From: a virus
Taxonomy: Duplodnaviria > Heunggongvirae > Uroviricota > Caudoviricetes
IMG/VR virus record: IMGVR_UViG_3300042154_004306
Reading direction: 5' to 3' (one strand)
Length of the DNA stretch: 64,000 nucleotides
Below the pieces are notes generated by a model, which did not search any database, was not told the origin of the DNA, and was given only the letters and a program-made list of their open reading frames with translations. Each line of letters starts with the position of its first letter. Within the stretch, counting starts at the first letter, position 1. Of this stretch, positions 20,322 to 29,846 are shown in pieces. Position numbers and translations under genes: made by a program.

Positions 20322-20936
20322 ATGCGTTATGTTAGTATAGATATTGAGACTACTGGGCTTGATCCAGAGGCCTGTCAAATTTTACAGATTGGAGCAGTCA
20401 TTGAAGACACGGCCGATCCCAAACCTCTAGCTGAGCTTCCTCAATTCATGTGCATACTTGAGCATGAGACCTATTCGGGCCAGCCGACTGCACTAACCAT
20501 GAATGCATGGATCCTAAAGATCTTGTCAGGTATGGAAGGACTAGGCAAGGACGATCGTATTGAGTATCGTAAAGCCAACCGCATCATTCCAGCAGCGCTT
20601 GCTGCCAAACAATTTCAAATGTGGTTGATGGCAAACGGTTTTAAAATGGAATCTACTGGGCAAGTCAAGCTCAATGTGGCCGGTAAGAACTTTGCAACAT
20701 TTGACAAGCTCTTTTTACAAAAGTTACCGAGCTGGGGCTCATGTATTCAAATGAGACAGCGTATCATTGATCCAGCCATTCTGTGCACGGATTGGGCAGA
20801 AGACGACGGTTTACCGAACTTAAATACGTGTTTGAAAAGATTCAACTTACCTGGAGAAGTTACTCATGATGCTTGTCAGGACGCACTTGATGTGATTCGA
20901 GTAATTCGTGCAGCAACTCATAATTACACTAGCTAG
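20322..20936 (+). CDS. DEDDh 3'-5' exonuclease
   Basis: IDIETTG, NFATFD, HDACQDA. Confidence 0.85.
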   Translation: MRYVSIDIETTGLDPEACQILQIGAVIEDTADPKPLAELPQFMCILEHETYSGQPTALTMNAWILKILSGMEGLGKDDRIEYRKANRIIPAALAAKQFQMWLMANGFKMESTGQVKLNVAGKNFATFDKLFLQKLPSWGSCIQMRQRIIDPAILCTDWAEDDGLPNLNTCLKRFNLPGEVTHDACQDALDVIRVIRAATHNYTS

Positions 20937-20974
20937 GCTGATATTCTTGGCCAGTTTTTTAGTAAATTAACTAC

Positions 20975-21943
20975 ATGATATCTAACAATGTAAGACTTGG
21001 CTATTGCTGTATTAACTTATCGCTAGCTGATCAAAAAATTACCGCTAATCGCGGTATGATAAAGCGGACCTTTCAGCAGAAGGGTCCGTTGTACTGTGGC
21101 GAGCTTGCTCATCAAAACGTCAAGGACATTCTTAAAATTCTAGAATGGAACTTAGCTAATGACATTTATGTGTATCGTATGTCAAGCGATATTTTTCCGT
21201 GGATGTCAGAGTACGAAATTCAACAGCTTCCTAATTTTTCCAATATTCTGCCAGACATGCAGGCAATTGGTCGATTTGCACTAGCTAATGGCATACGTAT
21301 TTCAATGCATCCTGGCCAATTCGATGTTTTGCCGTCTCCGACTCAATCGGTGGTTACCAAAACAATCAAGGATTTGGATCAGCACTGCGAAATCATGGAT
21401 CTTATGGGCTTGCCAACCCATGTTGGGTTTCCAATCAACATTCATGTTGGTGGTGCGTACGGCGATAAGGTCTCAGCTGCTCAACGTTTTTGCGAAAACT
21501 TTCAGTTGCTAAAGCCCAATACCAGGGCGAGGCTGGTCGTGGAAAACGATGACAAGGCTGCTCAATATTCAGCAGCCGATCTCTATCAAATGGTTTATCT
21601 AAAGATTGGTGTACCAATCACATTCGATTTCCATCATCACCGCTTCAACACTGGTGATCTTACCGAAGAAGCTGCTCTACGCCTAGCCCATACTACTTGG
21701 CACGGTCACAAGCCTCTCACTCATTACTCAAGTTGCAAGAAAACCTTTGAAGATGCATCAGTCATTGCACGTTCTCATGCTGACCATATTTACGAGAAAA
21801 TAAATAACTATGGCTTGGCTATCGACATTGAGGTCGAGGCCAAGGCCAAGGATCTTGCGGTTCTCAAGTATCGTGAGCAATACTCAAGCCTGCTTGAAAA
21901 CTACTTGGAATTTAATGATACAAGATTCTTAGAAATAGTTTAA
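20975..21943 (+). CDS. uvsE: UV damage endonuclease
   Basis: RLGYCCIN, RMSS, HPGQF, ENDD, DFHHH, HAD, EAKAKD. Confidence 0.95.
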   Translation: MISNNVRLGYCCINLSLADQKITANRGMIKRTFQQKGPLYCGELAHQNVKDILKILEWNLANDIYVYRMSSDIFPWMSEYEIQQLPNFSNILPDMQAIGRFALANGIRISMHPGQFDVLPSPTQSVVTKTIKDLDQHCEIMDLMGLPTHVGFPINIHVGGAYGDKVSAAQRFCENFQLLKPNTRARLVVENDDKAAQYSAADLYQMVYLKIGVPITFDFHHHRFNTGDLTEEAALRLAHTTWHGHKPLTHYSSCKKTFEDASVIARSHADHIYEKINNYGLAIDIEVEAKAKDLAVLKYREQYSSLLENYLEFNDTRFLEIV

Positions 21944-21950
21944 AACTCGA

Positions 21951-22211
21951 ATGTCAACTGAGACAACTCAAAACTGCGGGTGCGGCTCAAATAGCCCGGC
22001 CCCAAAGGCAACAGTCCTAAGCCGAATCATGGACAAGGTTTTTGTTAGTGAGGCTGAGAAGAACCGCCGTATGGAAATCTGTAAAGCTTGCGAACACTTT
22101 AGTCCAACACTAGCGCAATGCGGAGTATGCGGCTGCTTTCTTGAAGCCAAGACTCGACTTGTTGGCTTTCATTGTGCTCTACCTGATATTGGTGAGGAAG
22201 CGAAGTGGTAA
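21951..22211 (+). CDS. small Cys-rich protein (DUF6171-like)
   Basis: R..IC..C...C..CGCF..AK....C. Confidence 0.6.
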   Translation: MSTETTQNCGCGSNSPAPKATVLSRIMDKVFVSEAEKNRRMEICKACEHFSPTLAQCGVCGCFLEAKTRLVGFHCALPDIGEEAKW

Positions 22212-22252
22212 TAATAGGTAATCCTTTTTAGTAATTTTAGTATAATAACCCT

Positions 22253-22486
22253 ATGAGCTTCAATAAGTATTACATGCCTGCGCCGGAAAACTTGGCTACC
22301 CTAATGAAAGAGAACGGTCCAACTCACACTGTCGCTAGAAAGATAGATGCACTAATTGGTAATTCAGTCAGCATTGAAATTTTCGATTTTGCATACGAAA
22401 TGGTCAGAAAAAAGGAATCGGATGAATTTGCGCTTGATGCCCTAACTCAAAAATTTCCAGACTACTTTAATGCCAAGTCCAACTAG
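22253..22486 (+). CDS. hypothetical protein
   Basis: ORF after middle promoter. Confidence 0.55.
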   Translation: MSFNKYYMPAPENLATLMKENGPTHTVARKIDALIGNSVSIEIFDFAYEMVRKKESDEFALDALTQKFPDYFNAKSN

Positions 22487-22757
22487 AGCCAAATACGTTC
22501 ATCTGATAACTGCCAGAAATGGGGAAACTGAAACTCCAATCTGCGTTGCTGCAACCTTTCGTGGAGCATTTAAGATTGCCCTGTTTGAGCAAGCAATTTC
22601 ATTCCCTAACCTTTCCGAAAGGGCCGCGTTGGGTATAATGAATCGGATGGGCCGAGTTTTTATCTGGGATTCAAAGCAATTTGAACACTTCGAAGAGGCA
22701 CAGTGGTCGCCGGTCGGCAAACTGGCAATAATTCAAAAAATACCAGTAAAAAGATGA
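22470..22757 (+). CDS. hypothetical protein
   Basis: Coupled ORF. Confidence 0.5.
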   Translation: MPSPTRAKYVHLITARNGETETPICVAATFRGAFKIALFEQAISFPNLSERAALGIMNRMGRVFIWDSKQFEHFEEAQWSPVGKLAIIQKIPVKR

Positions 22758-23011
22758 GTTTAGAAAAACATGTGGTTCTATGCGACTGTTATATGTCAGA
22801 ACACCAATTCATTATAATTAAAGACACTGACAACCAAGACGTTTGGTTAGAAATTCACCTTAGTCCAACTCCAGGATTCCTCAAGAGATTATGGGCAGGT
22901 TTAAAATATGCATTTGGATACAGATCCAGATACGGAGACTTTGACTCCATCTTAATATCGCCGGAAGACCAGGCTTCAATCTGTCAATTATTACAAACAT
23001 CTGAACAATAA
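22754..23011 (+). CDS. hypothetical protein
   Basis: ATGA-coupled start MSLEKH; RLW.GLKY.FGY.SRYG.FD phage family pattern. Confidence 0.6.
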   Translation: MSLEKHVVLCDCYMSEHQFIIIKDTDNQDVWLEIHLSPTPGFLKRLWAGLKYAFGYRSRYGDFDSILISPEDQASICQLLQTSEQ

Positions 23012-23036
23012 AAAAGGGAGCATTTAGCTCCCTTTT
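23011..23036. terminator. bidirectional terminator
   Basis: AAAAGGGAGC-ATTTA-GCTCCCTTTT between convergent genes. Confidence 0.8.
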
Positions 23037-23038
23037 CT

Positions 23039-23236
23039 TTATTCTATTAGTCCGAGTATCTTGGATTCTTGAACTGCTTCAAGTTGGCATGGCGAAATTC
23101 CTGTGCCGAATCGATTGAGCAATTTTTGTTCAGCCTCACCGACTGAACTTGCTTCAACCAAGTACTGTTCTCTAATTTTTTTGGTTTTACCGTTGTCGTC
23201 TTCCGACTCAAATCTTAATTTTGCTAAGTAATACAT
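23039..23236 (-). CDS. DUF4494-like protein
   Basis: NGKTKKIREQYLVEASSVGEAE resembles Bacteroidota DUF4494. Confidence 0.7.
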   Translation of the reverse strand: MYYLAKLRFESEDDNGKTKKIREQYLVEASSVGEAEQKLLNRFGTGISPCQLEAVQESKILGLIE

Positions 23237-23266
23237 GTTTTGCGAATTTGACTATTATACTTGAAA

Positions 23267-23707
23267 TTAGCGTTGAGTTCTTGACGGACGTAACGTAATT
23301 TTCTTTCCAGGTCTTGAATATTCGACTCTGCGAACTGCCTTATCTACCATTTCATTGTCTGGAATCTCATTATCCTTTGCGAACATTTCTTTTTTATTCA
23401 TTTCCGAAACTTCATAAGATTTCCGTAATGAGTCAGCCTCGTCCGCGAAGTCCTGCGCAAGGTCCTCGCTAGCAGTATCGTTTATCTCAACCGTTAGGTC
23501 GTCCAATAGGTCCCTAACTCTAGTTGAGGTCTCGTATTTTTCAGAGTATGGATCGATCTCGGTTGGATTTTGCATGTATTGATTAGCAAGTTTAATTAAC
23601 TCCTTTGCCATGGTGTGATAGAAACGATCTGATGTTAGGTCAGGTTTTTGATGAAAGTCATCAAACGCTTCTTCAAAGCTTTCAAATAGGGCAATGTAAT
23701 TTTTCAT
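23267..23707 (-). CDS. hypothetical late protein
   Basis: Late motif; N-terminal MKNYIALFESF. Confidence 0.6.
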   Translation of the reverse strand: MKNYIALFESFEEAFDDFHQKPDLTSDRFYHTMAKELIKLANQYMQNPTEIDPYSEKYETSTRVRDLLDDLTVEINDTASEDLAQDFADEADSLRKSYEVSEMNKKEMFAKDNEIPDNEMVDKAVRRVEYSRPGKKITLRPSRTQR

Positions 23708-23744
23708 TGATATTTGGTATAATTTTAGTAAAGTTATTTATCTT

Positions 23745-24644
23745 ATGAAAAACATACATTTAATAGCAACAGATAAACCAAGTAGGTTATCCATTTTAAA
23801 TAGCGGTAAATTAAACTTTGGTGCAGAAATAATGAGTTCATCTAACTCTAGACCACAAAATTTGTACATCACTAATGATGAAGAAATTAAAGAAGGTGAT
23901 TATAGTTTTTATCCTCCTTTTGGAGTAAGCAAAAATATAATTATTGATGGAGAATTAGTTTTTCACATAGAAGCTAAAAATGGTAAAGGATTTTTTACTC
24001 AAAGAACTTATCAAACTTTAGACAGAAATAAAAAAATAATCCTAACAACAGACCAAGAGTTAATCAAAGATTGTGTACAACCTATTGATGATGAGTTTTT
24101 AGAATGGTTTGTAGAGAATCCAAGTTGTGAGGAGGTTGAGATAGAAAATTGGTACAACAAATACTTATCTTGTTGTAGGTCAAAAGAAGAGTGTTATTGT
24201 AATAAAAAAAGAATCATTATTCCACAAGAAGAACATCCTAATCAGATTAAGTGTTATTGTGGTCATACAACAACTTGTGATTGTAGTCCATTAGAAGAAC
24301 CTAAACAATTTACTCCTGAAATGTTAGTAGATTTAAAACAGGGTTTAGATAACGCTATACAAAAAAGTAATCCACTGTTTCCAAACTATAACTTTTTAAA
24401 TAAAAAAGAAGAACCTAAACAAGAAACACTTGAAGAAGTTGAAAAAGTTGCAAAACTAAAATATGGAGCTACTATATATGGTTTAGAAAGGGTAAATGCT
24501 TTTAAAGCAGGTTACAAATTAGCACAAGAAAGAAGTTATAGTGAGGAAGAAGTCTATCACATACTTGTTGAACATACTGCATTTTTATTTCAAGGTGGTA
24601 AATCAACATTATCAGAATGGTTTGAACAATTTAAAAAGAAATAA
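23745..24644 (+). CDS. mosaic array protein 1 (MKNIH type)
   Basis: YITNDEEIKEGD, IILTTDQ, DDEFLEWFV modules; ends EQFKKK. Confidence 0.75.
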   Translation: MKNIHLIATDKPSRLSILNSGKLNFGAEIMSSSNSRPQNLYITNDEEIKEGDYSFYPPFGVSKNIIIDGELVFHIEAKNGKGFFTQRTYQTLDRNKKIILTTDQELIKDCVQPIDDEFLEWFVENPSCEEVEIENWYNKYLSCCRSKEECYCNKKRIIIPQEEHPNQIKCYCGHTTTCDCSPLEEPKQFTPEMLVDLKQGLDNAIQKSNPLFPNYNFLNKKEEPKQETLEEVEKVAKLKYGATIYGLERVNAFKAGYKLAQERSYSEEEVYHILVEHTAFLFQGGKSTLSEWFEQFKKK

Positions 24645-24645
24645 T

Positions 24646-24858
24646 ATGAAACAAGAAACCACTATTGAAGAAGCAGCTAAAGAATTTGTATTATCTCATG
24701 ATTTTTCACAACTTACTAATCCAAATCATTTAGCAAATAGGTGTTTTCAATATGGTGCTAAATGGCAACAAGAAGATATTTTAGAGCTATTAAAAGTAAA
24801 TGGATATGAAGATGAACCTATATTTGATTTAATTATTGAACAATTTAAAAAGAAATAA
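24646..24858 (+). CDS. mosaic array protein 2
   Basis: MKQETTIEEAA...GAKWQ...EQFKKK. Confidence 0.7.
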   Translation: MKQETTIEEAAKEFVLSHDFSQLTNPNHLANRCFQYGAKWQQEDILELLKVNGYEDEPIFDLIIEQFKKK

Positions 24859-24859
24859 G

Positions 24860-25138
24860 ATGAAAGAAACACTTGAAGAAGCTAAATTAAGACAATTATT
24901 TAAAAACAGAAGTAATTGCTATGCTGATGCAGATGATGTAGTTCAAACAATGGATGAGGATTGCTTTATTTCAACTATTAATGAATGGCAACAAGAAAGA
25001 AGTTATAGTGAAGAAGAAGTTAGACAAATGCTATTTGATTTAGGAGATGTTTTATTTAATAATTGTCAAAATGGTATTGAAGAAGGAGAACCTGAAAAAT
25101 ACTTTGATGTAATTATTGAACAATTTAAAAAGAAATAA
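24860..25138 (+). CDS. mosaic array protein 3
   Basis: MKETLEEA...ERSYSEEEV...EQFKKK. Confidence 0.7.
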   Translation: MKETLEEAKLRQLFKNRSNCYADADDVVQTMDEDCFISTINEWQQERSYSEEEVRQMLFDLGDVLFNNCQNGIEEGEPEKYFDVIIEQFKKK

Positions 25139-25139
25139 T

Positions 25140-25379
25140 ATGAAACAAGAAACACTTGAAGAAGCTGCTGAAAAATATGCAAGAAAACAATGTGATGATA
25201 TGTATGACAATCAAGGTCTTACAGGTGCATCTTGGGGATGGGAAACATCATTAGATTTTATTAATTGGATTGATGAAAAAGAAATCCCAAGAGAAGATGG
25301 ATTATGGATTATGTACTTTAATGGTAAAGACAATTATTTAACTACCAAAGAACTATTTGAACAATTTAAAAAGAAATAA
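25140..25379 (+). CDS. mosaic array protein 4
   Basis: MKQETLEEAAE...EQFKKK. Confidence 0.7.
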   Translation: MKQETLEEAAEKYARKQCDDMYDNQGLTGASWGWETSLDFINWIDEKEIPREDGLWIMYFNGKDNYLTTKELFEQFKKK

Positions 25380-26263
25380 TGAAAAACATACACGTATTAC
25401 CAACAGATAAACCAAGTAGGGTTTATAAACATTTAGGTAGAGAACTTAAACATACTGTAAGATATTTTGAACAAAAGGGACTTTTATGTATAAACCAACA
25501 CATCTACATCACTAACGATGAAGAAATTAAAGAAGGAGATTACTTTTGGAAACCTGATTGTAATATGATTTTCAAAGCAGAGTACACACCACATAAAGGT
25601 TGTGAAAAAATCATCTTAACAACAGACCACGACTTAATCAAAGATGGTGTTCAAGGTATTGATGATGAGTTTCTTGAATGGTTTGTTAAGAATCCAAGTT
25701 GTGAGAGTGTAGAGGTTGACAAAAATTGGAATTACCCATTAGATAAAAGTTGGGAATACAAAATCATCATTCCAAAAGAAGAACCTACAGAAAATTGTGA
25801 AAATTGTAAGCAACCTATTAGTAAATATGGGTGTGCTTGTGGTAAACAAATAGAAGAACCTAAACAAGAAAATTGTTGTACACCTATTGGTCAGATTAAA
25901 AGGTATGTTGATTGTATAGGATGTGATAGAAAACCTAAACAAGAAGAAAATGAAATTATTGATATTTCAGACCATGATGGGATAGGTAATGCGGTAGACA
26001 ATCTTAATAATGAACCACCACAAGAAACACTTGAAGAAGCTGCATATAGATTATCAATTGAAAAATTTGAACCTAAACATACAGCTTTTATGTTAGGAGT
26101 AATTGAAGGTGCTAAATGGCAAGCTGAGAGAATGTATAGTGAGGAAGATTTAAGAGAAGCATTTAAACAATCAAGACAAGCAAAAATATTTAAAGAAGGT
26201 ATGCCACCTGTTTGGGAATCTTTTGAAGATTACATCAACTCACTAAACAAACAAGACAAATGA
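25379..26263 (+). CDS. mosaic array protein 5 (MKNIH type)
   Basis: Same modules plus Cys-rich inserts. Confidence 0.75.
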   Translation: MKNIHVLPTDKPSRVYKHLGRELKHTVRYFEQKGLLCINQHIYITNDEEIKEGDYFWKPDCNMIFKAEYTPHKGCEKIILTTDHDLIKDGVQGIDDEFLEWFVKNPSCESVEVDKNWNYPLDKSWEYKIIIPKEEPTENCENCKQPISKYGCACGKQIEEPKQENCCTPIGQIKRYVDCIGCDRKPKQEENEIIDISDHDGIGNAVDNLNNEPPQETLEEAAYRLSIEKFEPKHTAFMLGVIEGAKWQAERMYSEEDLREAFKQSRQAKIFKEGMPPVWESFEDYINSLNKQDK

Positions 26264-26973
26264 AAAACATACACCAAATAAATGACAATATCTACATCAC
26301 TAATGATGAAGAAATTAAAGAAGGAGATTACTTTTGGAAACCCGATTGTAATATGATTTTCAAAGCAGAGTACACACCACATAAAGGTTGTGAAAAAGTC
26401 ATATTGACAACAGACCAAGACTTAATCAAAGATGGTGTACAAAGTATTGACGATGGGTTCTTAGAATGGTTTGTTAAGAATCCAAGTTGTGAGAGTGTTG
26501 AGGTTGGGTATGGATGGATTAGACTAACTGAAACTGACAATGAAGGATATTGGATTTCTATTCCCGATAATCAATTTGAAATGCAACAAGCAGAACCTAA
26601 ACAAGAAACACTTGAAGAAGCTGCTAAAAATGCTTACAAAAAACATTCAGTTAAAGATGATGCACTTTCATTAAATGAACAAATACAAAGAAGTGGAGGA
26701 TTTATTGTAGGTTTTAAAGAAGGCATGATGGAAGGTGCTAAATGGCAATCTGAAAGAATTGGTTTAATGGAAATTGAATTAAACCACACAAAAACACTTT
26801 TAGCGAGTTGTGAAAAAGCATTAGAAAATAGAGATAATCAAGCTAAAAGAATGTATAGTGAGGAAGAAGTTATTGAACTTTTGAACAAAAGAGAAGATTG
26901 TATTAATCAAACATCATCTATATTTGATTATACAAGTACAAAAGAATGGTTTGAACAATTTAAAAAGAAATAA
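26260..26973 (+). CDS. mosaic array protein 6 (MKNIH type)
   Basis: About 215 bp near-identical to protein 5; ends EQFKKK. Confidence 0.75.
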   Translation: MKNIHQINDNIYITNDEEIKEGDYFWKPDCNMIFKAEYTPHKGCEKVILTTDQDLIKDGVQSIDDGFLEWFVKNPSCESVEVGYGWIRLTETDNEGYWISIPDNQFEMQQAEPKQETLEEAAKNAYKKHSVKDDALSLNEQIQRSGGFIVGFKEGMMEGAKWQSERIGLMEIELNHTKTLLASCEKALENRDNQAKRMYSEEEVIELLNKREDCINQTSSIFDYTSTKEWFEQFKKK

Positions 26974-26974
26974 C

Positions 26975-27328
26975 ATGAGTATAGATCTAACAAATCTTTG
27001 TTACTATGATAAGAGAAATCCTGATTGTTCAGCAGATGATGAAGATATAGAATACCACAAAAGGAGTTTACTTAAAAAGAATAAAACTTGTAGTTGTGAT
27101 AATTGTTTTTATGGTAGAAGTGATTTAACAGAACAACTTATTTTGCAACAAGAAATAAGTTATAGTGAGGAAGAAGTAAGACAAGCTATCAAAAAAGCTA
27201 GAGATATTTCAGACGGAAAATATTGTTTTGATGCTGAAGATATTAGTGGGTGCACTGAAGTTTGTACTTATGATTGGAAATTTAATTTATCAGAAGATTC
27301 AATTATTGAACAATTTAAAAAGAAATAA
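26975..27328 (+). CDS. mosaic array protein 7
   Basis: CSCDNCFYG; YSEEEV; EQFKKK. Confidence 0.7.
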   Translation: MSIDLTNLCYYDKRNPDCSADDEDIEYHKRSLLKKNKTCSCDNCFYGRSDLTEQLILQQEISYSEEEVRQAIKKARDISDGKYCFDAEDISGCTEVCTYDWKFNLSEDSIIEQFKKK

Positions 27329-27331
27329 AAT

Positions 27332-28162
27332 ATGAAACCTAATTCAGACAAGCCTCCGCCAGAAGGTCCGGAATGCAGAAGAGTTTACGAAGGAATTTCG
27401 GAATTCTATCAAAATCGAACAATTACACAATTTGAAGTATTGGGAGGCCGTTTCCTAAAAAGAGCTCCTGATCTTGAAGTTCAGCCTGTCGTGCCCACTC
27501 GTGTGATTGGTGGTGGAGTTAAGGGCAAATTCATTTGGCTGGAGCTTAGTGACGAGACCTGTCTCTGGATAACGCTGGGGATGAGCGGCCATTGGTCAAC
27601 TGATAAACTGCAACACAGTCACTTTCGAATTGGATTTGAGGATGACTCTTCGCTTTACTTTGTCGATCAACGTAGATTTGGAACCTTGAAATTCACAAGG
27701 CTTGCGGAGTTACCAAAGAAATTATCAAGCTTGGGGCTTGACATGCTGAACGACCGGACCGCTAGCATGTACGATTTTATTAGAAGGGTTGAACTACCGA
27801 AGGCTCAAAAGAAAACCGTTGCTGAAGCGCTAATGGATCAGTCTCTCTTTGCTGGAGTCGGTAACTACATCAAATGTGAAATGTTATATCGTAGTAGAAT
27901 ATCGCCGTACCGACTTGTAAAAGACCTAACTCAGGATGAGATTTGCCAACTTTGGAATTGGGGAAAACTGATCATGAGAGCCTCATACGAACAGGGTGGA
28001 GCCAGTATCCGGAACTATCGCCAAGTAACCGGTGAGTCCGGCCTTTTTACATTTGAATTTGAAGTTTACGCTCAAAAACACGATCCGCTTGGAAATCAAG
28101 TGGTTAGGGAAGAAACGCCAGACGGTCGCACAACTCACTGGGTTCCGGAACTACAATCATAG
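27332..28162 (+). CDS. Fpg/Nei DNA glycosylase (zincless finger), N-terminally extended
   Basis: PEGPEC, KGK, LGMSG, D.RRFG, LMDQ..FAGVGNY..E, RTTHWVP. Confidence 0.9.
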   Translation: MKPNSDKPPPEGPECRRVYEGISEFYQNRTITQFEVLGGRFLKRAPDLEVQPVVPTRVIGGGVKGKFIWLELSDETCLWITLGMSGHWSTDKLQHSHFRIGFEDDSSLYFVDQRRFGTLKFTRLAELPKKLSSLGLDMLNDRTASMYDFIRRVELPKAQKKTVAEALMDQSLFAGVGNYIKCEMLYRSRISPYRLVKDLTQDEICQLWNWGKLIMRASYEQGGASIRNYRQVTGESGLFTFEFEVYAQKHDPLGNQVVREETPDGRTTHWVPELQS

Positions 28163-28173
28163 TATAATAAGTA

Positions 28174-28527
28174 ATGAAGGACATAATCGACGTTGGCAAT
28201 TTAGTATTCGATAAGTTAGTCTCTGATCATGGAGAGCTAGCTGAGTCGCGGACTCTTTTCCTATATGGAATAACGACCGGTACCACTTGGTTCGTGTTGG
28301 ATTCCGCAAAGTGGATCGCAATCGACCAGACCGGCATAGTTAAAAACTTTGATGATTCTGTAATAGACGGAATTAACAGCGATTGGAAGAGTCTGCTCTC
28401 AGCTAAAGAGCTTGCTAAAGCTGACAAAATACTTCAACAAATTAAGCCAAATGATAATGGCCCAAAGGATGGAGACACCTATGAATTTTGGAAGAATGAA
28501 TGTCCTTGGAGAGAAATATCTCTTTAA
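28174..28527 (+). CDS. hypothetical protein
   Basis: ORF after AGTATAAT. Confidence 0.55.
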   Translation: MKDIIDVGNLVFDKLVSDHGELAESRTLFLYGITTGTTWFVLDSAKWIAIDQTGIVKNFDDSVIDGINSDWKSLLSAKELAKADKILQQIKPNDNGPKDGDTYEFWKNECPWREISL

Positions 28528-28563
28528 CCTATGCAAGTATGGCACTTAAAATTTTAAATCAAA

Positions 28564-29022
28564 ATGAATACAATGGAAAATAGAATACAAATAAACGGGG
28601 ACTGGTATATTAAGGAACCAGTAGATGCACAGCCAAAAGAATTAGATTTAGTATACACAGAAATGTGTTCGTATGAAGTATTGGATTATTGCTTTGAAGC
28701 AACAAGACGTTTTAAAGATTATGATAAATCTGAGTTCTATGAGGACACTATCGATATTAAGGTTACTGATAAACGAACAAAATCTTGGAAAATACACAAT
28801 TGGGATAATGTTGCGTGGTTTCGTGGAGTTTTTGATAATGATAAAAGAGCAATAAATGATGCGTTAGCAGTAATGGGTACGTATGAGGTTATGGAGTTAA
28901 CTCAATTTATTGGACACTTAATAAAAATTGGTTGGATTAAGTATTACAATTGCGAAAATATTATTATTAAAAAAACCAAAACCTTTGAAACAAATCATAG
29001 AATACCTTTTGAAGGTTGTTAA
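28564..29022 (+). CDS. hypothetical protein
   Basis: AT-rich island ORF. Confidence 0.55.
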   Translation: MNTMENRIQINGDWYIKEPVDAQPKELDLVYTEMCSYEVLDYCFEATRRFKDYDKSEFYEDTIDIKVTDKRTKSWKIHNWDNVAWFRGVFDNDKRAINDALAVMGTYEVMELTQFIGHLIKIGWIKYYNCENIIIKKTKTFETNHRIPFEGC

Positions 29023-29180
29023 AATTTAAAAATAAAACGAATATGAAATATCTAATAGTATTAAGTGTAGTAGTGGCTATAACAGTTTACTTACTCATCA
29101 GTAAGAATACAAAACAACATAACAAACATTAAATACACCTTGTTATACACAGTACGGTTTATTAACTAAAAAATATAAAT

Positions 29181-29450
29181 ATGAAACTAATAATTAATAA
29201 CAAAATCTTCATTGGGAGATACAACGAAAATGGTAGATTACAAATACAATTGGATGATGAAAATGATGTTAAATTTTTCAAAAACTGGGAAGATAAATGT
29301 AAAACTTCCAATAGTAAGACGGATTATGTAGATAATATAGAATTTCACAAAATAACTGAACGTGGATTTTTGAAAAATTGTTTTCCTTTACTAAGTATAA
29401 ATGAAGATTTTGTTACACTCCACTATGATTTATATGATGTAGTATCGTAG
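29181..29450 (+). CDS. hypothetical protein in attC-like cassette
   Basis: Flanked by inverted GTTATACACAGTAC / GTATTGTGTATAAC. Confidence 0.6.
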   Translation: MKLIINNKIFIGRYNENGRLQIQLDDENDVKFFKNWEDKCKTSNSKTDYVDNIEFHKITERGFLKNCFPLLSINEDFVTLHYDLYDVVS

Positions 29451-29456
29451 TATTGT

Positions 29457-29588
29457 GTATAACGTTTTGCAGATACCCAAAGGAGGGGATTACGAAGCAC
29501 AAAATTTAAAATAACCACAAATGTTTAACCGAAGCAAAAATGTTCATATAACCACTAAAACCCCTCTTTTGCTTATGTGCTGTTATCG
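29457..29588 (+). mobile_element. integron attC-like recombination site
   Basis: GTATAAC...GTTATCG ends; inner arms CAAAGGAGGGG (29478-29488) / CCCCTCTTTTG (29561-29571); 132 bp. Confidence 0.6.
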
Positions 29589-29636
29589 GTAGGGCTTCTC
29601 ACAAAACTTAAATAAAATGACAAAATTAGAACAACT

Positions 29637-29819
29637 ATGAAATTAAAACGATACATAAATCGAACATGGTCCGATGATTTTAAACAAATAAACATCACCC
29701 CAACACTTTATTTTACTAAAAGTAAACTTACATCATGTGAATATGTGGTAAATTATATTATTAGTATTAATTTCTTAATATGGGATGTGGGGGTGATAAT
29801 AACTAAACTGGTTAGATAA
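29637..29819 (+). CDS. hypothetical protein
   Basis: Small ORF after attC-like site. Confidence 0.45.
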   Translation: MKLKRYINRTWSDDFKQINITPTLYFTKSKLTSCEYVVNYIISINFLIWDVGVIITKLVR

Positions 29820-29846
29820 CATACAACAATAAAACAATAGAAAGTT

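Larger units (their letters stand above)
23745..27328 (+). repeat. tandem array of seven mosaic paralogous ORFs
   Basis: TTGAACAATTTAAAAAGAAATAA at six gene ends (24644, 24858, 25138, 25379, 26973, 27328); recurrent QETLEEA, GAKWQ and YSEEEV modules. Confidence 0.9.
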
